Source: Camelus ferus (taxonomy: Eukaryota). Taken from it: DNA of 64,000 nucleotides. The notes beneath the pieces are model-generated. The model had not been told where the DNA came from. It was given only the letters and a program-made list of their open reading frames with translations, and made no database searches. A program made the position numbers and the translations under genes. Location: positions 68,078,001 through 68,142,000 of the forward strand of contig NC_045697.1 of assembly GCF_009834535.1 (NCBI RefSeq). The letters are read 5' to 3'. This document shows, piece by piece, positions 12,945-25,887 of the stretch (the first letter of the stretch is position 1; each line of letters opens with the position of its first letter).

Positions 12945-13090
12945 TGAGTCAACATTTGTTACTTTCAACAAACACATACTGTGTGCCTGCCCTATGCAAA
13001 GTTGTGTGCTTGTCCAGTGGGAAATACAATAATAATAAATGATGCTCTGATAACAATCTGCTATAAAAAACTTGCCATTGGAGACATGAA
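12945..13090 (-). mobile_element. L2 3' end fragment
   Basis: ttcaacaaacacatactgtgtgcctgccctatgcaaag...gggaaatacaat. Confidence 0.55.
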
Positions 13091-14594
13091 CATAGATGTT
13101 GGGGTAAATATAAAGAACTATAAAAATATTTTTTGGAACTTAAAAAGCAAGTTGACATATCTAATAAAATTATTTTAAAAAATCTCTTAGAAGTTTTGGA
13201 AGTTTGTAAGTTAGAAAAAGAAGGAGTTTCATTACCTATCATCTAGCTTCCTAAATGTACTTTAAATGTGCTATAAATAGCCAAAGTTAAAAGATCTAAT
13301 TATCTTTTTTTAGTGCCCTTTTTCTTCTCCAGGTACAATTTTTTTGAAGTAAGATATTTCTCATAAGATATTTCCCTCCTATCCAAAGGTCCCTCTCAAA
13401 ATTATGCTTTGATTTCCAATTATAGAAAGGTACACAAACCAAAATATAATATCCACTTACCATTAATGAAGTTATTTCTTAGAAAACTGTTTCAGAATTA
13501 TGGTCTATAAACTGTTTTAAAATTTAAAATAGAAAGTATGTTGTGTATTAAACATAAATATCCAATAATTTTCTCTCCTTTCACAGCAGTGTGTAGCAAA
13601 GCATAGCTAAGAAATAGACATATGTGACTTTAAAGGAGGAAAACAGCATTTACTGACAATAAAGAGATGAGAAAATATTTACTACGATCCAAGGATTGTT
13701 TTTTAAAGATTTCTTGCTAAGGTAGAGATAAAATGCATTCACGGTAACTGCAATTTCCTTTACTGACTGTTCATTTGGGTTAAGCATAGGATAAAAGAAA
13801 GTAGAAGAAAAAAAATGTCGAATAGAAGAAGAAAATTACTAAGTGAAAAATATACATCCTCTTTTAATTTAAATTTACTGCTCTAAATAATGTTGAACAT
13901 TTTTGGTCTAATTTACATTGATGTTATATTTTTAGCTTCATGCTAGTGGGAAAATATCTAAAGGAAAATTGTTTATAGGTTTTCAGTTGTCTTTGTAAAT
14001 AAAAATCTAACATAGCAATTAGCTAAAGTATATCTAAATATACATAAAATATACTGCATATATATTATCAACTATAGGTAATATGTAATATAATATAAAT
14101 ATATAATATGTATTATATTTAGTTTTGAAAGTCCCTATCTACAACTCTTGTATTAAAGACAATTTATAACCTTTTTTTCTGCATCCTGTTGCATTTTGAA
14201 ATCCTAGAAGCAATGCTTCTCTATTTCAACTGCTAAAAGGTTTTACCTCACAGATAATAAAACATTTTCCCATGTATTTCCAGAATCATTTTAAATGATC
14301 CAGGGCTCATGTCTTTTGATGACTTATGTTAATCTTCCAAGTGCTAATGTTGCTTTTCAGAGGAATCTATTAATAATGATGTTATATAGAAAGAATCCTT
14401 GGTATATAAATATGTAAAATGCAAGCAACATTCTTATGGACTTCATTTAATTTCCACACGTATGAGCCATGCACAGGCTTTCTTTTCTTCGTGATTGTTG
14501 GTATTGTTATTATTTTTACTTGATATAGCTTTTGATTAATCAGTTAAGAGTTCAAGAGTTGAGAATGTGTCAATAGCCTAGTTCAAGATCCATC

Positions 14595-16310
14595 TCAAAC
14601 TTTAATTTCAAACATATAGAAAGATTGAAAAAAATAGTAAAATGAACACTTTCAAACACTTCAGCCAGATTTACCAAATATTAGCCTCTGCAATCTCTCT
14701 GCCCCCTGCTCTTCATATATGTGTTTATTTATATCTAACCATTTGACATTAGTTTGTAGACATCATTCCACATACTCCTAAATAATGCAATATATATTCT
14801 CCTAAAAACTAAAATACACTCCTATATAAGACCAATACCATAATTATACCCACTAAATAAAACACTGACCCAATATGATCAGTTATAAGGATTATATAAC
14901 GTTTATATTCAAAACTTCCTGATTATCCAAATGATGTTCTTGGTAACTCTTCTGTTGCTGTTTTTTATTTATTTAAATCTAGAATCCCATTGTAAATCAC
15001 ACATGGCATTTTATTGTTTTGCCATGTCAGTCTCCTACAGAACAGCTCCCCAGCCTCGTGTTGTGTTTTATATCCTTGATATTTTGAATAGTCCAGATCA
15101 GTTGTTTTGCAGACCTTTCTGACTGTCTCCACATAAACAGATTCAACTGAAGTACTTTTGGTAAGAATCCTGCAAAGCACAACCACTACATAGGCACTTA
15201 CCATTACGTCACCTCAAGGTCATGTGACGTCAGTTTATCCTATTATTGAAGATACCGAATTAGATAATGTTGGCTTCTATCAAGTCCTTCCATTAAACAG
15301 GCGAAGTTTTCCTTTTGTAATTAATAAGCAATCTCATTGTGATGGCATTCATTTAGGTTTCAGCATCCATTAATGATACTTGTGTGAATTGAGTTTATAT
15401 TGAAAGTTATAAAATGGAAAAATCTAATTTTACTATTTCTTACAAATTTATAGCTATCAAATTTTGTTAAGAAGAATGTTTCTTTATCCTTATTACCTCA
15501 TTTTTTCAGTATTTTTATGGATTCATGGATTCTTTTTTATTCAAAAAAGTATGATACATTATTGTGAATATTATTTTTAACTTCTGAATTCAAAATACTT
15601 TCAGGCTAAGAGAAAAGTTGAAAAATAATACACAGTTCACATTTGCCTTCACTATCTTCCCCTAATGTTAACAAATTCCTTAACCATAGCACATGAACAA
15701 AACTAAGAAATTAACACTAGTACAATACTTTTAACTAGAGTAGAAAGTCTATTTGGATATTTGGATTGCAGCATTTTTTCCAACTAATGTCCTCTTTCTG
15801 TGATGGGATTCAATTCAGTATTTCACACTGCAATTTGTTGTCATGTCTCTTTGGTCTTTTCCATTCTTTCCTTGTCTTTCATGACCTTAACACTTTTGAA
15901 GCATACTAGTTAGTTTTTTGTAGAATGTTCTTCAATTTGCATCTTACTAAATTTTCAAGATTAGATTAGGTTATGCATTTTAGGGAGGAGTACTACAAAT
16001 GATTTGTTCATCTTAGTATATTATATCAGATGTTCAATGATGCTGTTATGTCTCAGGCTGGTATTTCAAAACTTGATCATCTGGTTAAGGTGTTACCTTC
16101 AGAGTTTCTCTAGTGCAAAGTTATTATTTTTCCTCTTTGTAATTAATCAATTCTTATAGAAGAAATGTTGAGAGTATGCAAATATCCTCTTTCTCCTCAG
16201 TTATCTGCCCACTGATTTTTGCAACAATTGGAGGACTTTTTTTGCAGTGTGGTATCCTAGTGATAACTTTCTATTTCCTTCATTGCTTCCACATACAATA
16301 ATTGGAATTA
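14595..16310 (-). mobile_element. Two adjacent or nested L1MC-type 3' ends (about 14595-15575 and 15578-16310)
   Basis: Both start with the reverse L1MC tail (aaacatatagaaagattgaaaaaaatagt; agaaaagttgaaaaataata). Both contain the gtcttt...ccttgacacttttgaag..tactggtcagtt-like block. Confidence 0.8.
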
Positions 16311-16319
16311 TTAAGTACT

Positions 16320-17790
16320 TTTGTGTTTGAATATTAATTTTTCTTCCCCTTGTTTTAATATCTAAGATTCAGATTGCTGGGATCTATGCTGAGAGTTTGT
16401 TTTCCACAATGGCTGTGCCACTTTGCACTTTCACCAGCAGTTTATGGAAATTCCAATTGCTCCGTGTTCTGGTCAGGACTTGGTACTGTCGGTGTATATG
16501 ACTTTAACTATTCTAATAAATGTGAGTGCTATTTTACTGTGTGTGTGTTTCAACTCTGTGTGACCATCACCATAATCAGGTTTGGTTATAATTCCCATAC
16601 ACTCCTTCCTCCCCACACATTTCTAACCCTTGGCCATTCACCACTCATCCGTTCTCCACATTATATTTGTGTCGGTTTGAGAATACAATATAAATAGAAT
16701 TATATATAATATTTAGAGACTAGCTTTTTTTTTTTGCTCAGCATTAGGCACTTGATATACTATATACAGTCATAACCATGTATAGCGTTGCACATATTAA
16801 AAGACTTTTTATCAATGAGTAGTATTCCACTGTTCGCATGCACCACAGTTTTTGTATCTATGCAGAAGCTGAAAGACATTTGGGTTGTTTCCTCATTGAG
16901 GGTTTGAACACATCATCTGCAAATAGACATACTCATTTCTTTCTTTCAAATATATACTCTTTATTTCTTCTTATTATTATATTGCACTGGTTATGATTTC
17001 CAGAACTAGTTGAATGAGAGTGGCAAGAAGGACATAGCATGCTTCATTCTTAAACTTATGGGCAGAAAGTTAAGATCTGCATTATTAATCATGATATTAG
17101 CTATAGCGGTTTTTATTTTTTTTTTTGCTTGTTTTAAAGATATCATTTATTAGTTAAGAATGTCTCCTTTCATTCTGAGACTGCCAAGTGTTTTTATCAG
17201 GAATGGATGTTGAACTTGTCAAATAATATTCCTGCTTTTATCTTTAGCTTGTTAATATGGTGAATTACACTGATTGATTTTTAAGTTTTGGACCAGTTTC
17301 CTGGGGTAAATCCTATTTCTTTGTCATACATTATTGCTTTTACATTTTGCTGCATACAAAATGTTAATATTCTACTGAGAATTTTTGTGTCTATATTCAT
17401 GAGGTGTATTGATGTACAGTTTTTATTTCTCATAATATCTTTATTTGCTTTTAGCATTAGAGTAACAAAAGACTCATTAAATGAATGGGTATTGTTTTCA
17501 TCTTATCTGGTATCTATTTTCTGAAAGACACTTGTGGAATTTGGTTTATTTCTTTTATAAATGCATGGCTGAATTCACTGTGAACATACCTGAGGTTGGT
17601 TTCACTGTTGAAAGATTTTAAATTACGTATTAAATTTCTTTAATGGATATAGCCCTATTAAATTATTTCTTTTTGAGTAAGTTTTGGTATTTTGTTCTTT
17701 TAAGAAGTTGGTCTATTTCATCTAGGTTGTCAAATTTGTGGGCATAGAGTTATTTGTAGAATTCCTTTCTTATCATTTTAATATCTATAT
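16320..17790 (-). mobile_element. Old L1 (L1M/L1ME) 3' and ORF2 fragments
   Basis: catcatctgcaaataga (reverse of the LFADD region, about 16911-16927), attgcactggttatgatttccag, gaatttttgtgtctatattcatgagg, tctatttcatctaggttgtcaaatttg. Confidence 0.8.
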
Positions 17791-17869
17791 ACTATGGAGT
17801 GATTAATACTCCTTCATCCCTAAATATATGTTCTCAAGAACACTCTACCTGAAGAAATCCTAAGGCCTT

Positions 17870-18148
17870 TTGTCCTCCTCTCAGATCTCTTTTCAATTAT
17901 CTTATCGAAGAGAATTTTCCAGACCATTTACCCTACTCATTTTTTGTTCATACACTCTTATCGTGACCTAGAATATTACATACGCTTTTCTGTTTATTTT
18001 CTTTCCTGACTTCCATTAATATTCAAATTCCATGAGAACAGAGACTTTAAGTTTTGTTTAATTTCATATCCCCAGGGCCTAGAGTTCTATTAGCAGGTGT
18101 AGGCACTTAAGAAATATGATTTTGTATATTGATTGGATAAATTAATGA
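17870..18148 (+). mobile_element. L2 3' end
   Basis: ttccatgagaacagagacttt...atatccccagggcctaga...taggcacttaagaaatat. Confidence 0.7.
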
Positions 18149-18810
18149 GGAGAACATGCTCTAAACTGATGTATACAAACCCATATTGTTATTAATTGCT
18201 GATGCACAGATATGTTGAAGTACTGTATACCTGTACATATGTACAAACAAATGCAACTCGAGTTTCAAAACAAAGCAAAACAAAAACAGTGCATGGTTAC
18301 TCACATCCTTATCCATAATATTTTTTCAATCCTTCAAAGTACAAGAATAATCATAAAAGGAGAATAACACAAAAATTAGAAATCTTGTCTACCAATGAGA
18401 AAAAGAAAAAAAGACAGACAGCAATCTTATTATCTCCAACTCCTACAGTTTGTGAGTTTCTTCCTTCTTTTCTTCCCTCCCTCTCTCCCTTCCTTCCTTC
18501 CTTTCTTTTGCAAAAAAGATTAATGTAGGCAAAGATAATGCAACATGTCTGTATAGAGAACTAGATCCTGTACAAGTTACTAGGCTGTGGTTGAGATCTC
18601 TGACCATTTATTATTTTGAAAGAAACTGAAATGGCTCTGTCGGATGTTGTACAATGTACCCAGATCAACAAAATGCCCAGCCCCCTTGCCATGATGAACA
18701 GCAATATATTTGGGCATCTAATAATTATATTCACTCTAACTTGTTTGCTCATTTTTCATTGTCAGCACCCACAGAGATGAAAGAAATTAGTTTCATTATT
18801 GATGACTTTT

Positions 18811-18854
18811 AAATACAGACAAGCTTGAGGGGAAATACAGACAAGTTTGAGGAG
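18811..18854. repeat. 22-bp tandem duplication (20/22 identical)
   Basis: aaatacagacaagcttgagggg / aaatacagacaagtttgaggag. Confidence 0.85.
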
Positions 18855-21429
18855 GGATGAATCCAGACAGATGCATGTGCTCCAAAATGAATGTTATATC
18901 TAAGTAGCTCCTGTTAAAGAACAGTAATTAAAATGGTGCTTTGGATGATGTCCTTACAAGTCATCTTCTTAAAGCTGTCATTTACTTACATCCATGTGTG
19001 CTAAAATGTCCTTACTATAAAGGTCACACAGAAAAACCACATAGATAATTTTGACGGATATCACCTTTGACTTTTGCTCACACATACACATAGAGAGACA
19101 GTTTGAATAGCAGATCCCTTTGGGGTGAAGTCCTGAAATCTTTGCATATGACTCAACTTGCTACTCTAATGTACTATTCATTCATCTATGGAGCTTTCTT
19201 GGGAGATAAGAAGCTTCAAAATGAAAATAGTAAATGTTCCTGCTTCCGAGCATCTCCCCAGTAATTCATACTGTCTGGACAGCTTTACAGAGTTCTTTCC
19301 CCTAGTTTCTTTTGTGACCCTTGCTTGAGCAGAATAAAATGAGGAAAAGTTCAAGTTTAAAATATTCCAAAAGAAAAGTAACTTTAAAAACTTTTCATTT
19401 ATACATAATAAAAGAATAATTTAATACAATGAATTCCTAGCAATGCTAATCAACTTCCTGAAAATCATCAGGCTAAAACAATCATTTGCCCTGTATTATC
19501 ATTCTGGCCTTTTTGTGACTGAGCCCCTACAAGTAAATGATGTGGCATTTCCTTCACTAAAAAGATTTTTTTGACCATTTCCATGAAACATACATTAAGT
19601 TGTTTTGGAAGTCACCACTAATAACCTTGGCCTTTAGACCTCAGCTTGCAGAGATAATGAGTCGGGGTTTGCTTAAAATTTCATCTTTGCTTAAGGTCAG
19701 GGTATTGAATGACCCAGCTCAGTAAAACATAGTGCTGTTTCTTTATTCTCATCACAATTGGGAAGTAAAATTTCATTAGCTAACTGATTGGTGAACTCTG
19801 GATGGTTAATTGAAATATGATGCATCAATTGGGAAGCTTTGCTGCTCTTCTAGCACTTTGAAGTTGTGAGGCAGACGGGAAGACTCAGGGAAGTTCCAGA
19901 AGTTCTTCAGTAGGAAGCTCATTTAGCCCTTAACAAATGCTGTCTCTAGAAAATAAATCTGAATTCATTGTATCCTTTTCCAAAAAGTTTTCTCAGAATG
20001 TTCCTCTAACTCTAAGCACAGGTAGAGGAAAGAGGGATTGGATCTTTAGCCTATTTATTATTTTTAAACATAAATTTAGTTTCTTGAAACACTTATAGCT
20101 AAAATATAAATATCTTATTTTAAATACTGAAGAGTATTATAAAATCTGAACCTCCTGTCTAGAAGCTAATCTTGTTATGATTATTATGTGTAGGAATTCA
20201 TAATTCCAATGATTAGATCAATCAATACATGACTTTGGTTGAACTGAATGGATTTATTCATCCACACATTAGTTAGTGCCCCTTGCTATATTAGGCAAGG
20301 TAAAAACACAGAAAAACAAAACATGGGGCCCACCTTTAAACTGAAGAGATAGGAAAACAGCCAATAATTATAATACTGTAGCAAAGACTGCAACAGAAAT
20401 CATCAGTCCAAAAAAAAAAAAAAAAGAATCAGTACATATGTATACATATATAATTGTATATAAAATTGGAGAGCACTTATAGTTCTAAGATTCATCACAT
20501 ATTTGCTTTATGATATTTCGTTTTCACTAAAGGTATTAGTATGCATGTATAGTTTTAAGAGTGCTTGAATTTTCATAAGTATGCCTTAATTTCATACATT
20601 TTATATTTAATACAAGAATTTAAACTCTTCCAAACGTTTCTTGATAGCCTTGTTCACAAAGAGGTGCCTGCACACAAAATGCCAGCTTACTTTAGTCCAG
20701 GGAACACTTGGAGTGAGACTACCATATGCCTGTCTCCAGCCTCTCACAGAATGCTAAGACACACAATTTGCAGTAGCCATGTCCAGGGATGAGCAATTTT
20801 ACGTGATTCAACAGTTTCAAGTCATCCCATAAAAAGATTGGCCTGAGGTTATCCTGAGGTATCTCTGGTTGTGCCTGGTTGTATACAGGTAGTGCTTTTA
20901 GTCAGTTCATCTGACTGATGTCTTCTCTCCTTAGTTGCCATCCATAGTGGTGCCTCAGTGGATGGTGAAATTGCTTCCTGCTCTGCTGGTAGGCACTCAT
21001 CTCTCTTCTCCAGCTCGAATATTAACTCATGGGTGTCAAGGGGAGATCTCCTCTTCTGGGAAAAGCACCTACACTGCCTCACTGCAATAGTCATTTTTCC
21101 AAGCTCTCCTGGAAATGCCTGCTATCTGAAGTTCCTCTACTATCTAATAAATAACATCAGGGAGTTGTTCTACCTTCCAGAGAAGTCTATCTTTCTCTAC
21201 TTTGCCATTCATAAACAAAAGAACATGCAAGCATTCTCACTGCTGCTGCCTGAGATCAAGTGAAAGCGCTTATCCTTGATTTCATTATGTACAAAAGGAA
21301 ATAACCCTGAGTAATTACCATGTTTTATATTATCCAGCTCAAAGAATTATACTAGAGACCAAGGTTATGGATGTTGTTGGGTGTGAGCATATTGTTTCAC
21401 CTCTGAAGCTCTACTCAGAGTCAGTCCCC

Positions 21430-21720
21430 TCTGTATGAAGACCCTTTTCCCTGCTTCTCCTAGGGCTTAATTCTTCAGTCCTTGATTAAATATTCCTGTC
21501 TCCAGATTTTTCAGATACATGAATATATATCAGATGTTCCTGCTTTGTGCATGCACATCAATTTTATTCTTATTACCATAACCCTCATCATATTTCTATT
21601 GTACTTATTATTTTCCCTTGTAAAACTGACGAGAGCAGGGATTTTATCTAATTTGTTTAGCACTGTAGCTGCATGTTGAGTACTCAAGAAATATGTTTTG
21701 AATAAATACTGAATAGATCA
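21430..21720 (+). mobile_element. L2 3' end
   Basis: tgtaaaactgacgagagcagggattttatctaatttgtttagcactgta...gagtactcaagaaatatgttttgaataaat. Confidence 0.6.
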
Positions 21721-21789
21721 GTAAATCTAATTACAACAGCACCACATAATTCATATATATTCAAAGATAGTAGAGAAATGTATGAAAAT

Positions 21790-22010
21790 CAAATGCTACA
21801 AATGGTACATAATATCTGCAACTTACTCTCAGATAGTTGAGAAAAATAGTAATAATATGTATACAGAAATAATGGAATGGTAATTTTAGCAAATTTAACT
21901 ACTTGATGACCCTAGGTAAAGGATACATGGGGTTTCTTTTTTTAAATTCTCACATTTCTGTTTTTTTTGAAACTGTTTTGAAATAAGTTACATTTTAAAA
22001 ATATTTAAAA
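21790..22010 (+). mobile_element. L1ME-type 3' end
   Basis: atatctgcaacttactctcagatagttgagaaaaa...ctaggtaaaggatacatgggg...tgaaactgttttgaaataa. Confidence 0.65.
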
Positions 22011-22183
22011 ATCTAAAAAAACCCACATTAAATTGTACTTATATCAGCAGGACATTTTAATTACTTGGAAATATTAATGTATTTGTGTGTATACACATAA
22101 AAGTAAAATCTCATAAAAATGATTATTAGAACACCCCATTCTATAAATATGCCAGAGAAGAAAAAAGGTAATTCTATTTGTTT

Positions 22184-22740
22184 TGAAGGAATTCAGGACA
22201 TGTTACCACAAATATGCCACTTTAGTATATCATTTATATTGAACTTGGAAACACTTGAGAAGACAGCAGATGCAGGAAGAGACTTTCTGTGAACGCCTCT
22301 TTTTTAATTTAATATTGTTTTTATTGAGATATAGTCAGTTTAACAATGCTGTGTCTATTTCCGGTGTATAGCACAATGCTTCAGTCTGAACTCCTTTTAA
22401 TTGCTTAAAGACAGATCCTCCAAAATGAACTCAACTGTCATCAATGTCCTTCTTGGTAGTCTCATCAATCAGAGAAGGTTGACTCTTACCACAGGAAAGG
22501 TCACTAGAAGTCCACACCACACTCCGACAACTTTGTCAAAGGTCACTCTACCCCCATCTACTCTTCCAAGGACTCATTCATCTTTCCCAAAAATCATTCA
22601 CTCTTATCCAAGTTGCCTACATCCCTCCTCCTTTTCCCCTATTTAGATGGCATGTAAGCCCCCAAATCTTACCAGTTTGGGATTATTCACTTTTGTTTTC
22701 CTGTATGCCCTTATGTACTTAATACTAAAAATTAATAAAG
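22184..22740 (+). mobile_element. ERV1 LTR, MER34/MER39-like, 3' truncated
   Basis: tgaaggaattcaggacatgttaccacaaatatgccacttt...acacttgaga...cagatgcaggaagag...cattcatctttcccaaaaatcatt...aataaa. Confidence 0.75.
22300..22386 (-). mobile_element. Very short, relatively young L1 3' terminus inserted into the LTR
   Basis: T-rich tail followed by ttattgagatatagtcagtttaacaatgctgtgtctatttccggtgtatagcacaatgcttcagtc. Degenerate TSD tgaacgcct / tgaactcct. Confidence 0.8.
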
Positions 22741-22742
22741 TT

Positions 22743-24812
22743 GGGAGTTCTGGCTCAAGTGGTGACATAGGAAGATCCTGAACTCACCCCCTCCCATAGA
22801 CACACTGAGTTTACATCTACATATGGAACAATTTTCTCTTAAAACCACCTAAAGGCTAGCTGGAAAACTACCACATATCAAAAGTCCAAGATCACACAGC
22901 TTCACTCTGAATGCTATAACATATTCAATGAATAATTAGTATAAATTCTTCTTAAACCCTTCCAAACTCATTTTATAAGGCCAGCGAAGTCCTGATAACA
23001 AAACCAGACAAGGATGCCACGAGAAAAGAAAATTACAGGCCAATATCTCTGATAAACATAAAAGCAAAAATCCTCAACAAATGTTAGCAAACCAAATTCA
23101 ACAATGTATTAATAGTATCATACACCATGATCAAGTAGGATTTATTCCAGGGATGCAAGAATGGTTCTACATCTGCAAGTCAGTCCATGTGATACACCAC
23201 TTTAACAGAATGAAGGCTAAGGTTTATAAAATCATCTCAATAGATGTAGAAAAGGCTTTTGACAAAATTCAACATCCATTTATAAAAAATGTATATAAAC
23301 TTCTCAACAGAGCAGATATACAGGGAATATATCTTTAGGATCAGAAACAAAACAAGAATGCCCACTCTGGTCCTTTATTCGGCACAGTATTAGAAGTCCT
23401 AGCCAGAACAATTAGGCAAGAAAAAGAAATAAAAGTCTCCTAAACTGGAAAGAAACAATAAAACTGTCATTGTTTCCAGATGACTGATATTATATATAGA
23501 AAACCCTAAATACTCCATAAAAAAACTGTTAGAAGCAATAAACCAATTCAGTAAAGTTAAAGGATACAAAAGCAATACTCAAAAATGTGTTGTATTTATA
23601 TACACTAATAATGAACTATCAGAAAGATTAAGTAAACAATCTCATTTATAATTGCATAAAAATAAAAAAAAATCTAGGAGTAAATTTAACCAAGGAGGTG
23701 ACAGACCAGTATATTGAAAACTACAAGACAGTAATGAAAGCAACTGAGGAAAACACAAATAAATGGAAAGATGCTCATGACTGGAAGAATTAACACTGTG
23801 TTAAAATGTCCTTACTACTAAGAAATCTACAGATTCAATGCAATCACTATCAAAATTCTGATGGTATTTTTCACAAAACAGAAGAAACTATCCTAAAATG
23901 TGAATAGAACCATGAAAGACCTCAAATAGTAAAAACGATCTTGAGCAAGAAAAACAAAGCTAGAGGTGTCATGCTACCTGACTTCAAACTATATAACAAT
24001 AATATAGTAATTTAAAAAAATTATGGTATTGGCATAAAAATAGACACATAGATCAATGGAACCAAATATAGAGCCCAGAAATGAACTCATACATATATGG
24101 TTAATTAATTTATGACAAATAAGCCAAGACTATACAATGGGAAAAGAACAGTCTCTTCAATAAATGGTGTTGGGAAAGCTGGACAGCCACAAGCAAAAGA
24201 ATGAAACTGGACCACAATCTTACACCATATACAAAAAATTAACTCAAAACAAATTAAAGACTTGAATGTAACACCTGAAACATGAAATGCCTAGAAGGAA
24301 ACATAGGTGTAAGCATAGATCTTGCAATGATTTTTTTCAAACCTGACATCAAAAGCAAAAGAAACAAATATAAAAAAAAAAAGTGGGATAATATCAAACT
24401 AAAATTCTTCTGTATAGCAAAGAAAACCATCAACAAAGTGAAAATGCAACCTACTGAATGGGAAAAATATCTTCAAATAATGTATCTGATAAGGAGTTAT
24501 TATCCAAAATACATAAAGAACTCATATAACTCAACAGCCAAAAAGCAATCCATTAAAAATGGGCAGAAGATCTGAATAGACATTTTTCTGGAGTACACAT
24601 ATAGATGACCAACAGGTACAGGAGAAGATACTCTATATCATTAATCATCAGGGAAATGCAAATCAAAATCACAATACAACTTACCCTTATTAGAATGATT
24701 ATTTATCTAAAAGATAAGAAATAACAAGTGCTAGCGAGGATGTGGATAAAAAGGAATCCCTGTGCACTGTATGTGGGAATGTAAACTGGTACAGCCACTA
24801 TGGAAAATAATA
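22743..24812 (+). mobile_element. L1 with its 5' UTR tip (about 135 bp) joined to the ORF2 RT and C-terminal region; ORF2 is pseudogenised
   Basis: ORF track [28 protein letters not shown]...[17 protein letters not shown] is L1 RT. The FADD motif is decayed to tttccagatgac (FPDD, about 23473-23484). WDNIKLKFFCIAKKTINKVK is ORF2 C-terminal. Confidence 0.93.
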
Positions 24813-24849
24813 CTGATTGATTTACTGCATAATAATGAATTAGTAGAGT

Positions 24850-25170
24850 TGATTTTTTTTTCATATCTTGTAATTTTTGTCTGAATGGCAAATCCTGTGT
24901 AAAAAATAAAAATAGAGACAGCTAAATATAGTTTATGTCTAGAAGAAGATACATCTCTTCTTCTGTCTGGCTGTTAACATAGGCATTGGAGTTAATCTGA
25001 TGAGAAGCTGGATTTGGGGTTTTGTGTTGCTATAGTTATCTCAGTGCACCACAGACTCCAAGTGACTCCATTGGCAGGACATGTGCTCAGTGTGCAACTT
25101 AATGTGGGGCCTAGAATGCCAGAATTTTCTCAATGTCCCTGCTTCACTCTTAGATTTTGAGAGTCCCTGT
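24850..25170 (-). mobile_element. Old L1M 5' region fragment
   Basis: ttgtgttgctatagttatctcagtgcaccacagactcc...cctagaatgccaga resembles the reverse 5' UTR of L1M4/ME. Confidence 0.5.
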
Positions 25171-25887
25171 ATCATGAAAGCTCATAAGAAAATAAACACT
25201 GATAATTAATTATGCTTTTAACAAATATTTAGTTTTACTATTTTACTTCTATTTATAATGCCTGTTCTCAACTTTTCTATTTCTATTATGTCATTAACTT
25301 AGCATGTACATTTATTTTAATCTAGTTAAGATTTTTTTGTGATATAAGGTGGGTTAAATTTTAAAAATAGGTATCATTACTCTTCACTTCACTTTACAAG
25401 TGAGAGATGAGAAACAAAGCAATTGAGTACTTTATCTAGACACATGCTGATTGATGAGTAGAGTCCAGTTTGTAGCTCAACTAAATCCAATAGTAGTATT
25501 TGTGCATAACTTGAAGAATCTGTCAAATTGGTCAGATTGACCCAGTCTGTTTGCATAAGGAACTTAAAAGCCTCTTAAGAATGTGTTTATACCAAGAAAA
25601 GAGAATGAGGAAGACATATTTGATCTAGTATTAAAACTTCAGTTGTTAGAGGCAAGGGACAATGAAAGTTTAGTATAGTGTTTATAACTCAAATTCATCT
25701 TCAGACTCACTCTCTGATAGGGGATGGATGATCCCTTCAAAACCCTTAGGCACCAGTTCAAGATTACACTGAAGGGCACAAGCAGAAGCTATTATAGCTG
25801 ACATAATTAAAAACCCAAACATTGACAACTCCAATATTTTTCAACTTCTCCTAATGTAAAAGTAGTAGCCACATCCTTTATAGTTCT

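Noticed and set aside
23081..23338. 85-aa ORF resembling reverse transcriptase (also the ORFs at 24282-24575, 3732-3998 and 46722-46907)
   Set aside because: These are fragments of dead L1 ORF2 with frameshifts, deletions and a mutated catalytic motif, not genes.
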